From a virus: 64,000 nt of DNA. This document shows, in pieces, positions 9,304 through 17,710 of the stretch. Position 1 is the stretch's first letter. Every line of letters begins with the position of its first letter. The notes beneath the pieces were generated by a model that saw only the letters and a program-made list of their open reading frames with translations, was not told the origin of the DNA and ran no database searches. A program made the translations under genes and the position numbers. The DNA is taken from IMG/VR virus record IMGVR_UViG_3300018080_000110, positions 85,225 through 149,224 of that record, one strand, 5' to 3'.

Positions 9304-9465
9304 ATGGAGAAGTACGGAGTTGAAGTCGACAAAGAGAAAGTCGATGAACAGAAGAAGAAAGCTCCGGGCGAGAAAACTGCGGGAACGGACGATCCCAACG
9401 TGAACGTTCCCAAGGACCCCGATAAGGGAACAGAGCCTTTCGAGAAAAAACCGAAAGAGGACTGA
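9304..9465 (+). CDS. Small charged protein (MEKYGV...GTEPFE)
   Basis: GAGGAGG RBS before ATG 9304; stop abuts the recA start. Confidence 0.6.
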   Translation: MEKYGVEVDKEKVDEQKKKAPGEKTAGTDDPNVNVPKDPDKGTEPFEKKPKED

Positions 9466-9466
9466 C

Positions 9467-10834
9467 GTGCCCGCCAAAAAGAGTAAGAAGAAAACAGCGA
9501 AGAAGACAGGGAAGAAAACAGCGAAGAAGAAAGATAGCGAGAAGTGGGACAAGTTTCCGAAGCCCAACCCGAGAGACGTGCTCAGATCGATCAACATGCG
9601 TTTTGGAGACACGGGCCCCGTCATCAGAGAAGCTAGCGAAGCATGGGACGCATCAGATCTACGTCGGCCTAGTGGGATCCCGAGCCTAGATCTGGCGACA
9701 GGTGGAGGGCTCGTAGCGGGAAAGGTACATCAGTTTGATGGTCCAGAGTCGGTAGGTAAAAACTACATACTCTACCGCTACTTCGCTCAAGCGCAAAAGA
9801 ACTACGGTGACGATGCTTGCTTGTCGATGGCGTGTTTCGAAGCCTTCGTGGACAAGCATTTTGCGCAAATGTGCGGGTGCAAGATCGCAATGAGCGAATA
9901 CGACATCAGAGTCACGAACAGAGCAAGGGAAATCAGGGGAGAGCCCCCGCTGACACGAGCGGAGAAGAAAGAAGCTCTCTCTGTGCCGGGCGTCGGAACC
10001 TTCCACATCTTCGAAGGTCCCGCAGAAAACGTACTCGACGGAATCATCGAGGCCGTGTCATCCAACGTCTACCAGATCATCGGCATCGACTCTTGGGATT
10101 CCATGCTCACGGCTGCAGAAGACAGAGCCACAATGGACGAGGTACCACAGGTAGCCTCACCAGCCACCATTCAAACCAGGTGGGCCAAAAAGGTGTTGGA
10201 CGCCTTCAACGTGGTCTACCGCTGCCCACAATGCGGCTACAGCCCATTGGAGAAGAAGGTCACCAACTATTCGCAGATGAACTTCAATTGGATTTGTCCA
10301 AACTGCTCATGGAAGGGTCTGGACCCGGCGAACGAGATCAACGAGACCACGGTCTACTGCATCCGTCAAGTCCGCGCAAAGATCCAAATGAGTGGAGGGA
10401 AGATCTACGGGCGACCCTACAAGTCGGAAGGAGCCCACGCGCTACAGCACCTAAACCACATCCGTGTGAGTATGCACCCCGGGTCTTCTATCAAAGAAGG
10501 CAACGTAAAGATCGGCAAAGAGGTCAACTGGGAAGTGTCCAAGGCCAAGGCCGGAGCACGGGAAGGGTCAACTGGGTCTTTCACGCTGTACTTCGATCCG
10601 GTTGAAGTGGACGTGGCTAGGGACATGTTCTCCCAATGTGTCAAGCGCGGAGTTATCTGTTCCCTGCCTCAAGGGTGGTACGAGATCCCGGACATCGAAA
10701 TGGACGGGGAGGCACTGCGCGTCCACGGCAAGGAAAAGCTCATCAGAACTATCGAAGACAGTGAGGACTTGGTAGATGAGCTACGAGAGATTCTCTACAT
10801 CAAGGCAGGCCTCTCGCACGTGAGGTTCCAATGA
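9467..10834 (+). CDS. recA: RecA/UvsX-like recombinase with zinc-ribbon insertion
   Basis: PSGIPSLDLATGGG, Walker A GPESVGKN, Walker B IIGIDS, and RQVRAKI...GAHALQH...R. Confidence 0.88.
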   Translation: MPAKKSKKKTAKKTGKKTAKKKDSEKWDKFPKPNPRDVLRSINMRFGDTGPVIREASEAWDASDLRRPSGIPSLDLATGGGLVAGKVHQFDGPESVGKNYILYRYFAQAQKNYGDDACLSMACFEAFVDKHFAQMCGCKIAMSEYDIRVTNRAREIRGEPPLTRAEKKEALSVPGVGTFHIFEGPAENVLDGIIEAVSSNVYQIIGIDSWDSMLTAAEDRATMDEVPQVASPATIQTRWAKKVLDAFNVVYRCPQCGYSPLEKKVTNYSQMNFNWICPNCSWKGLDPANEINETTVYCIRQVRAKIQMSGGKIYGRPYKSEGAHALQHLNHIRVSMHPGSSIKEGNVKIGKEVNWEVSKAKAGAREGSTGSFTLYFDPVEVDVARDMFSQCVKRGVICSLPQGWYEIPDIEMDGEALRVHGKEKLIRTIEDSEDLVDELREILYIKAGLSHVRFQ

Positions 10835-11409
10835 AGCTGCAAATGAGAGTGGCCCCGCTAGGGTATGGAAAGAGGTGTCATGCCTGTAAAACTGTAGGGC
10901 AGATATCATCCTTCCAGCTTTGGCGGGGTAACTCTCTCGAAAAGAACATCCAGCTCTGTAACGACTGCCTCAATCAGGAAGTAACGGCTGATGTCACGTT
11001 GGGCCCAACAGAAAAAGCCCCAGATCCATTCAAGAGCAAACAAGCCCGTAAGCAGGTGAAGCAGTCCAGAAAGATGGAAGCTGCACTAGCAGAGAAAATG
11101 GGAGGGCGTGCTCAACCTGGATCTGGGTGCTCGCGCTTATCTGGGTTCAAGGGAGACATCAGGAAGATCGGCAGCTGGCGAGTGGAGCACAAGTACACCG
11201 ACGCCGCAAACGTCTGGTCATTGCGTCTATCGGACCTCGCCAAGATCACTGGATTAGCCATGGACGCCGACGAGTACCCAGCGCTAGTAATCGAGTATCG
11301 CAAAGCACGAGAGTCTTTCGCGATCATCCCGCTAACCCTTTTCCTGGAGATGGTCCATGAAGCTGAGGAACATTCAGCACCTCCACGAGGCAGACGAAAA
11401 AGACGTTAA
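10831..11409 (+). CDS. Hjc-like PD-(D/E)XK nuclease / Holliday junction resolvase with N-terminal zinc finger
   Basis: E...A...GGRAQPGSG...KGD...VEHK motif and CHAC...CNDC. Confidence 0.7.
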   Translation: MKLQMRVAPLGYGKRCHACKTVGQISSFQLWRGNSLEKNIQLCNDCLNQEVTADVTLGPTEKAPDPFKSKQARKQVKQSRKMEAALAEKMGGRAQPGSGCSRLSGFKGDIRKIGSWRVEHKYTDAANVWSLRLSDLAKITGLAMDADEYPALVIEYRKARESFAIIPLTLFLEMVHEAEEHSAPPRGRRKRR

Positions 11410-12199
11410 AGAGGCTCTAGGCCATATCCAGTTCATCCCCAAAATCGAATCATACCTCGAAGACTTGAATCTCGAGCAGCACCCAAAAAGGCTGGGAGTC
11501 TTCAGTGCCTCTGACTTGGGCAACAAGACCGGACGCTCGCTTTGTGGAAAGTACCCTATCGGGTGTGCGAGGTTGCTTTACTACCGTTACGTCGGAGTGG
11601 AACCACGAGACTCCATCCCTCCACGACTACGCAGAATCTTCGACACTGGGCACAAGATCCACGATCAGCTCCAAGGTTACTTGCACAAGGTGGCTTCCGA
11701 ATCTAAGCAAGAGTCCTTCGCGGACGAGGTCAAGTTCGACGAGACTAAGTCTCAGCTGGCTGACGAGTATGACATAGTGTCTACCGCTGATGGAGTTTGG
11801 GAGATAGAAGCTCCAGACATAGACCTCTGTTACGGTTTAGAGATCAAGTCGATGAACGGAGACTTGTTCAAGAAACTTAACGGCCCGGAGCGGTACCACG
11901 TTGTGCAAAGCCATGTATATATGGCGTGCCTCGATCTCCCATTCATGGTGATCCTTTACTACAACAAGAACGACTCCTCCATGGCTGAGTTTGTAGTCAG
12001 GTTCGAATACGACATCTGGCACGCCATCACGGAGAAGATCAACTACGTGCGAAAGTGCGCTGTGGAAGAAGAGGAACCGGAGCAAGAGATCGGATTTCAT
12101 TGCCGCACTTGCAGGTACTCGTACATCTGCAAACCACCTAAACCCCAAAAGAGGAACATTCGTATGGGGCGAAGGAGGTTCAGCTTGAGGGGAGAGTGA
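11357..12199 (+). CDS. Cas4-like PD-(D/E)XK exonuclease
   Basis: S...C.R, G..IH, ADG, LEIKS, Q...YM and C-terminal CRTC.Y...C cluster. Confidence 0.85.
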   Translation: MKLRNIQHLHEADEKDVKEALGHIQFIPKIESYLEDLNLEQHPKRLGVFSASDLGNKTGRSLCGKYPIGCARLLYYRYVGVEPRDSIPPRLRRIFDTGHKIHDQLQGYLHKVASESKQESFADEVKFDETKSQLADEYDIVSTADGVWEIEAPDIDLCYGLEIKSMNGDLFKKLNGPERYHVVQSHVYMACLDLPFMVILYYNKNDSSMAEFVVRFEYDIWHAITEKINYVRKCAVEEEEPEQEIGFHCRTCRYSYICKPPKPQKRNIRMGRRRFSLRGE

Positions 12200-12200
12200 G

Positions 12201-12896
12201 ATGCCTAAGGGCGCGACCAAACTCGTTGAGTCTCTCCAAATCGATTCCAGAGAAGGAGAAGAGGCCTACGACGTAGCTAGATCTGCACACGATGAGATGA
12301 TATCCCGCGGTATCCATCTTCCAGAGCGACCCGACTTTCCGTCGAAGCACAAGTTCATTGGAGAAGATGGATCTCCGGAGATACCGTTCGACATCCAAGA
12401 CCTGAACGAGAAAGAGCTAGGTCAGCTTTATCACATCGTCAACTCTTGGTACTCCTACGTGGTGGGCCAATGGGCTCTCGTAGAGAACCAGTACATTGTG
12501 GCTAAAGAACAATTCAAGCTAGTGGCGGCCAAAGTAAGGTTGGGCAAGCAAGGAAAAGTCCAAGACAAGACAGATCGACAAATTGCAGATCGACGTTTCG
12601 TCCTGGCCAATGCCAGAGCGATGGAGCTCAAGTGCTTGTTCAATCTACTCTCGAAAGTCAAGGACAAGTACGAGTCCGACATCAAGATGATTTCTCGTGG
12701 AATCACCTTGAGGGAGCAAAAGATCAAGACTGGAGCTAGAGCAGGAGCACTAGCGGCAAGAAAGATCAAGATCAGAAACGCCGAGGATCCACCGCACTAC
12801 ACAGAGATTGACGAGGAGCACGAAGATCAGCCGATACCCAGGGTTAGAAAGAAGCGCCCCCCTAGAAGACGCCCCCCGTCGAAAAAGTGGAAGTGA
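12201..12896 (+). CDS. Helical protein, possibly UvsY-like recombination mediator
   Basis: Long helical/coiled-coil region in a recombination gene cluster; function inferred from context only. Confidence 0.5.
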   Translation: MPKGATKLVESLQIDSREGEEAYDVARSAHDEMISRGIHLPERPDFPSKHKFIGEDGSPEIPFDIQDLNEKELGQLYHIVNSWYSYVVGQWALVENQYIVAKEQFKLVAAKVRLGKQGKVQDKTDRQIADRRFVLANARAMELKCLFNLLSKVKDKYESDIKMISRGITLREQKIKTGARAGALAARKIKIRNAEDPPHYTEIDEEHEDQPIPRVRKKRPPRRRPPSKKWK

Positions 12897-12898
12897 CG

Positions 12899-13363
12899 AT
12901 GGAGGAGTTCTACAAGCTGCAAGCCACTCTGGAAATGCCGCCCACCAGCAACAATATCTACATCTCCGTCGGCAAGAGGAGGCAGAAATCGAGCTTGGCC
13001 AGGGCTTGGCAGAATAGAGCGGTGAAAGAGATTACAAGACAATCAAACCTGACGATCCAGAGTGAGTTCGACCCCGAGCGCATGTATTGGTTGGACTTGA
13101 CTTTCTACTTCGATGTCGTGGTTAACAAAGGGTGGCACGAGTTCTACAAAAGAGGGGCCAAGAAGGGGCAGAGGAAAGCTGACAGTAAATGGAAGAAGAT
13201 CGATCTAGGGAACAGATTGAAGCTTCTCGAAGACACTGTGAAGATAGCTGCAGGTGTGGACGATAGCTCGACTTTTGTTCTGCACCTCATCAAGACTTGC
13301 GATCCGAAAAATCCTCGTGTAGAAGTATGCCTGTACTCTCTGCCGTCGGAAGATGAGCCATGA
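12899..13363 (+). CDS. rusA: RusA-like Holliday junction resolvase
   Basis: PPTSNNIY, DLGNRLKLLED, GVDDS and PRVEV. Confidence 0.8.
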   Translation: MEEFYKLQATLEMPPTSNNIYISVGKRRQKSSLARAWQNRAVKEITRQSNLTIQSEFDPERMYWLDLTFYFDVVVNKGWHEFYKRGAKKGQRKADSKWKKIDLGNRLKLLEDTVKIAAGVDDSSTFVLHLIKTCDPKNPRVEVCLYSLPSEDEP

Positions 13364-13848
13364 GCTACAAGCAGGAAATCGTCGAAGTACAACCAGACGA
13401 GGAGGCTCCGGACCCAGATCACAACGAAGGATTCTATTGCCACCTGGAACTGATCAAGAAGAAAGGTCGCCGTAAAAAGGCAGACCCGTACCAGTACAAG
13501 AAGACATACATCCCATGGACAGACATCAACAGCACTGAGTTGGTTCATCTCTCAACGTACGGGCTGGCCCCCGGAAGCAGAGAAGAGATGAGCAGATGGA
13601 ACGTTGTCTGCCGTGGTTTGCGTAGGCAGGAGCTGATTGGCATCATCCGAGGTGAGGTGGATGCAAAAGAGATGAGAGCCAATCCGGCACATGTGGCCCG
13701 GGACCGACTGTCTCACTTGATCTACAACTACTGGAAGTACATACATACGCAGATCAAATGCAACACGCTTTGCTGGGAGTGCCCGGACGCTAAAGCTTTC
13801 GAGTGCATGTTAGAGAACAAAGATATCCTACGTGCGGAGGACGCTTGA
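13360..13848 (+). CDS. Hypothetical protein with C-terminal Cys cluster
   Basis: ATGA coupling; C...CWECP.....C. Confidence 0.7.
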   Translation: MSYKQEIVEVQPDEEAPDPDHNEGFYCHLELIKKKGRRKKADPYQYKKTYIPWTDINSTELVHLSTYGLAPGSREEMSRWNVVCRGLRRQELIGIIRGEVDAKEMRANPAHVARDRLSHLIYNYWKYIHTQIKCNTLCWECPDAKAFECMLENKDILRAEDA

Positions 13849-14075
13849 TGCCCCCAGCCAAAAAGATTTGCATGTCTTGCGTGAGGCTAGGAAACTGTGC
13901 AGACGCTACTGTAGAAATGCTAAAGAACGATCGAGGCTGTGGATCTTGGTTCGCAGCTCATCCCAACGAAGTAGTTGCCCGACGTAAAGCGCTCTCGGTC
14001 GCGGGGACGCGAGCGCTCGAAGCCATGATTTCCAAATCCCCGCCCAAGAAAACCGCCACGGACTACAGGAGGTAA
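13848..14075 (+). CDS. Small Cys-rich protein
   Basis: TGATG coupling and GGAGG RBS; CMSC....C...C. Confidence 0.6.
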   Translation: MPPAKKICMSCVRLGNCADATVEMLKNDRGCGSWFAAHPNEVVARRKALSVAGTRALEAMISKSPPKKTATDYRR

Positions 14076-14078
14076 CCA

Positions 14079-14705
14079 ATGGCCAGTGAAGAAACTTTCA
14101 CAAGAGAAGAGATGCTCGACATGCCGCGTTTGCAGGTTCGTCGAAGATGTCGAGCACGCGGACTGAGTGCGGAAGACTGTGCCCAGATGAAGTTCGAAGA
14201 CATGGTTGACTGGCTCATAGAAGACGAGGGCGGCGGCAGTAACTCGAAAGCGAAGAAGGCGACGAAGAGGTCTTCCAAGAAAGCAACCAAGAAGACCGCC
14301 GCAAAGGAAACGAAGAAAGCTCCGGCAAGGACCACTCGTAAGAAGCGGGCGGCGAGATCTGAGCCGGAGGAAAGAGAGAAGCCGACCGGAGAAGTCGTCG
14401 GCGACGACCTCGTCAACGTCTTGCTCGAGAAGTTCGCTGATATGGACGAGAGGTTCCACGCTCTAGAGGAAAGGGTGGACTCCATCGGCGAATTCATGGA
14501 CAAGAACACGTCCAGCATCGTCGAGATCTTGAACGAAGTCCGCGCCGACACCTACGGTATCGCTCGCAGACAGCAACACCTCGGTAACTGGATGTTCGCT
14601 GAGGGAATCCTCCCCGAAGAAAGCGCCCCGGACGAGATGGATTTCGAGGCTCTGGAAGAGGCCATCGAGGAGGAATGCGGGGGAAACGAGGACGGCGACG
14701 AGTAA
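14079..14705 (+). CDS. Hypothetical protein: small helical N-domain, Lys/Ala-rich linker, coiled coil
   Basis: AGGAGG RBS and KKATKRSSKKATKK linker. Confidence 0.75.
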   Translation: MASEETFTREEMLDMPRLQVRRRCRARGLSAEDCAQMKFEDMVDWLIEDEGGGSNSKAKKATKRSSKKATKKTAAKETKKAPARTTRKKRAARSEPEEREKPTGEVVGDDLVNVLLEKFADMDERFHALEERVDSIGEFMDKNTSSIVEILNEVRADTYGIARRQQHLGNWMFAEGILPEESAPDEMDFEALEEAIEEECGGNEDGDE

Positions 14706-14893
14706 CAGCTCGTCGCGGAACCATACCACCTGATGGAGAACAGAAGCTCACCGTGACTGAAGAGGAGTTCTTCGAGATGTCTGTAGAAGAACTCCTCGAG
14801 CTTGCCGACCGCATAGGGGTCAGCCTGCAGGGAGCCCTATCGATCGAGCAAGCTCGCACCCGCCTATTGAACGACGCAACCTTCCTTCCATAA
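14675..14893 (+). CDS. Small protein, Rho N-terminal/HeH-like helical domain
   Basis: GAGGAGG RBS; EMSVEELLELADRIGV pattern. Confidence 0.55.
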   Translation: MRGKRGRRRVTARRGTIPPDGEQKLTVTEEEFFEMSVEELLELADRIGVSLQGALSIEQARTRLLNDATFLP

Positions 14894-14895
14894 GC

Positions 14896-14937
14896 GCCGC
14901 CCTTCGGGGCGGCCTCTCCCAATCTTCTCTCTTAGCT
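14896..14937 (+). terminator. Terminator of the replication operon
   Basis: GCCGCCC-TTCG-GGGCGGC hairpin right after the last stop, then a pyrimidine tract ending in TTAGCT. Confidence 0.75.
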
Positions 14938-14957
14938 GCAAAAAAGATCAAGATCGT

Positions 14958-14965
14958 GGGATAAG
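14958..14965 (+). promoter_or_regulatory. Putative phage promoter motif GGGATAAG
   Basis: The same GG(G/T)ATAAG motif precedes units at 60036, 61879 and 61827 (minus). Confidence 0.5.
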
Positions 14966-14970
14966 ACTTA

Positions 14971-15518
14971 TGGACAGGAAAAGGATAATCCTTTTCTTGT
15001 TGCGGCAAGCAGCTGCCTGTGCGGGTAGGAAGCTGCCTAGTACCGATTGATTGACAAGGCGCCGTGCGCACACACGGTAAAAAGCCCTGTCAATCAATCG
15101 GGAGCCGATGCAGGGATTGCCTCCTCCTCAGACGAAGGTCACCTAACGGTGGCAACGGAGGCAGCTCCTCACGCTATAGTGAGGTTGTCCGAGAGTTCCG
15201 GCGCGGACGTAAAAAACAGTCGGATGCATCGTCGCTGATTCCGCCCTCTAGGCGACGACTAGAGTAGAGAGGGTTTGCTGGCCTGGTCGACCGGCCAAAA
15301 GGTCGAACGTAGTTGACCCACGCTGCGACAAATACCTGGTACAGGGAAACCAGGAGAAGGTGGGCAGATCCCTAACCGGCGCAAGACGGGGATTGGAAGT
15401 GTCGCTCGCTGTCTTTCGGAGACGGAAGAAAAAGAGCTCTTGCAGAAGAGATCCGGATCTCTTCTTAGCTGTCACACGACTTGTGCGAGCAGTCCTTGTG
15501 CCGCAACGAGTGCGTCCA
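14971..15518 (+). ncRNA. Putative large structured ncRNA (~550 nt) with several pseudoknots
   Basis: Ends pair (TGGAC/GTCCA, CTTGTTGCGGCA/TGCCGCAACGAG, and a G-U-rich helix 15013-15025/15480-15492). Perfect 14-bp stem 15043-15056/15088-15101 and about five H-type pseudoknots. No credible ORF. Confidence 0.75.
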
Positions 15519-15612
15519 TTTCCTGACTCGTGGGGAGAAGATGCCTACTAGGAGGAGGATCGAATAGAGGAGCAGAAACTCTAGACCGCCGCAAACGCAA
15601 CAGCAGAGTCGA

Positions 15613-16161
15613 TCACTTGACGGCATACCCTACAGCTACCACAGTCGCAGCCGTTGTGACAATCCCTACAACGAGACCGAATGTCCACGAGCGGTACCAC
15701 TTCTTGGCCTTGTCTCGCTCCTTGCGAGCTCGGTCTCTCTGCTGCTCGAGGACTTTCACTCGACTCTTCTCGAGATCGAGCTGTGCTTTCAGGCGATCGG
15801 CCATGTACTTCTTCTCAATCTCTACTCGTTCAGTCGCCTTATGGCGCTCGAGCCAGCGAAGGCGACGGAGGCCTTGGATCTTGAGCCCCAACTGCAGCAC
15901 CTTGTTCTGGTCCAGGAGGACCGCGCTGTAGTCCAACCGGAAGGGCTTCTTCGCCCCCTTCTCGGTCACCAGGCTCCCAGCCTCGATCCCCAGGGACGGC
16001 CGGAACTTGAGGTCTGGAACCAGGATGCTCTCATCCGGCCCTGGACAACGCCAATTAGGGGCCTTCTTCGGGTTCGAGTAGTCCTGCTCCATACAAGGCT
16101 CTGACTGCGCCCAGGACGGGCCGCAGATTAGGAGGGTGAACAGCGCGACCATAGTCCTCAT
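15613..16161 (-). CDS. Exported coiled-coil protein with C-terminal TM helix (spanin-like)
   Basis: N-terminal signal peptide, coiled coil and C-terminal hydrophobic helix; near holin-like and i-spanin-like genes. Confidence 0.6.
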   Translation of the reverse strand: MRTMVALFTLLICGPSWAQSEPCMEQDYSNPKKAPNWRCPGPDESILVPDLKFRPSLGIEAGSLVTEKGAKKPFRLDYSAVLLDQNKVLQLGLKIQGLRRLRWLERHKATERVEIEKKYMADRLKAQLDLEKSRVKVLEQQRDRARKERDKAKKWYRSWTFGLVVGIVTTAATVVAVGYAVK

Positions 16162-17129
16162 CTCAGCTCCTGCACCCCTTCTCGTACGCCGTGCACCATG
16201 TCAGGCACCCAACCGAAGGTCGCCCCGGTACCCAGGCCAGTCAAGGCACCCCTGAGCATCTTCCCACGGCGAGCTCCGAGCAGGGCGCCGATCCCTAGAC
16301 CTGCTGCACCTCCTAGACCAGGGCCAGCTTTCCGTAGGAATCTCGTGACCTTGCCTGGCTCCTGCTCCTGGGCCTGGGCTATCTTGGACAGCTTTCTCTT
16401 GGATTTCACCAAGTTCCGCAATCGCTCCACAGAGACCCTAGAGATAGGCCCGAGGAACTTGGGGTCGTCGTAGTGCTTGAGGTAAGCCTCTTTGGCCTCC
16501 CTTTTACTCCGCACCCCTAAAATCACCTTGTCCTCGTCGTAGCCCTTGCCGTCATCCTTGCGTTGGTGGACCACGAAGGCATCGGGAGCCTCTTTGTCGG
16601 GGCCGACGAAAACATCAACGGGCTCTCCGTCGGCGCCCCTGGTGCCTACAAGGTATCCGTAGGGCATCCTCATCTTCGTGCGCCACTCATGGCCATTTGA
16701 GTCCTTGCCCTTCCTCACGCTGCCTTTGCGGTTCTCGATGGCGATCTGCAGGCCCTGGACGTTGTCGTGGCCTTGGAGCTTGTAGGCCAGCTTCGTAGCC
16801 ATCTCCTTCGACTTGGACTTGCGGGACAAGATCTTGTCCCATTGCTTTGGTGTCACGCCTTCTGGTGGAGGGGGCTCAGCTTCTTTGGTCATCGCGATCT
16901 TGTCCCGCACCCAAGGAAGCTTAGGGTACGAAGCTGTACGCCCCTCACGTTGCCCAACCGGGCCTATCTCAGTCCAGCTCGAGCCCTTTATCTTGCCGAT
17001 GTTGTGGACGCGCTTCAAGGTCGGGACGATCGAAGAGTTGGGCGTCGCGTAAAGGTCGTCAATGTCACCACCCAGCTGCCCTATCTTCTCCAGCTCGTCG
17101 AAGAATCTTTCTAGAGACTGTCGATCCAC
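16158..17129 (-). CDS. Inorganic pyrophosphatase (InPase, polyvalent-protein type) domain protein with FFDELEKI tag
   Basis: IAIENRKGSVR.G...W...M..PYGY..GT.GADG..VDVF.GP...YDEDKV; C-terminal Gly-rich hydrophobic segment. Confidence 0.8.
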   Translation of the reverse strand: MDRQSLERFFDELEKIGQLGGDIDDLYATPNSSIVPTLKRVHNIGKIKGSSWTEIGPVGQREGRTASYPKLPWVRDKIAMTKEAEPPPPEGVTPKQWDKILSRKSKSKEMATKLAYKLQGHDNVQGLQIAIENRKGSVRKGKDSNGHEWRTKMRMPYGYLVGTRGADGEPVDVFVGPDKEAPDAFVVHQRKDDGKGYDEDKVILGVRSKREAKEAYLKHYDDPKFLGPISRVSVERLRNLVKSKRKLSKIAQAQEQEPGKVTRFLRKAGPGLGGAAGLGIGALLGARRGKMLRGALTGLGTGATFGWVPDMVHGVREGVQELR

Positions 17130-17437
17130 GATGCCACCTCGTCTATGGGCTTCTTCTTGACTTCCTCAAACTCAGCCCGCTGCTCGTCGGTCATCGCCGC
17201 GAGCTTTTCCCCGTGCTTCTCCTCGAGCTCTTCTAACGCCTTTTCCTTGTTGTCTATGGCGTCGTTGGTGTCCTTGATAGCCTGGTCTGCGGCATCATTG
17301 GTCGTGGAAGAGTTCACATCGTCGGGAGGAGACTTGGTCCACCAGAGATACCATCCCAGTAGAGCGAGACAGATCCCTACAGGGAAGACGATCCACTTCC
17401 AGTTCTTCTTCAGCCACTCCCAAACCTTGACCATCAC
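17111..17437 (-). CDS. i-spanin-like membrane protein
   Basis: N-terminal TM helix followed by a charged coiled coil. Confidence 0.55.
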   Translation of the reverse strand: MMVKVWEWLKKNWKWIVFPVGICLALLGWYLWWTKSPPDDVNSSTTNDAADQAIKDTNDAIDNKEKALEELEEKHGEKLAAMTDEQRAEFEEVKKKPIDEVASWIDSL

Positions 17438-17442
17438 TTCTC

Positions 17443-17709
17443 CTACGCAGCCAGACGAAGAACACGCTTGAGCAAACCTGGCTTCGTTGCCTTCTTGGCC
17501 ACTCGACCCTGCATCGCGCGATGTCGAGCAACAGCAGGAGCCATCTGCTTCTTGACAGCTTGCTGCCTCTTCCAGTCGGCATGACCGATGGAGTAGGCCT
17601 CTGGGGTCATCCGCCCCGCGCCACGTTGGATGGCGGCCTCAAACTGCGGTGTAGATCTCGCGATCTTCTGTAGCTCGTCAAAGAACGCACTCCTCGTCCA
17701 GTCGTTCAT
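17443..17709 (-). CDS. Small basic protein with FFDELQKIA tag
   Basis: Tight packing; shares its N-terminal motif with other proteins in the window. Confidence 0.7.
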   Translation of the reverse strand: MNDWTRSAFFDELQKIARSTPQFEAAIQRGAGRMTPEAYSIGHADWKRQQAVKKQMAPAVARHRAMQGRVAKKATKPGLLKRVLRLAA

Positions 17710-17710
17710 C

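Noticed and set aside
10200-10350. Intein in RecA
   Set aside because: The insert is short, lacks C/S start and HN end motifs, and looks like a zinc ribbon.
11357-12199. CRISPR-Cas locus based on the Cas4-like gene
   Set aside because: No cas1/cas2 or array; solo Cas4-like nucleases are common in phage recombination modules.
14971-15518. tmRNA, RNase P RNA or tRNA call for the structured region
   Set aside because: No GGGG 5' end, T-arm or CCA end, no convincing tag frame, and no GAGGAAAGUCC RNase P signature.
15047-15551. Short ORFs of 63-75 aa in the structured region
   Set aside because: No RBS, conflicting strands and non-protein-like composition; base pairing explains the sequence better.
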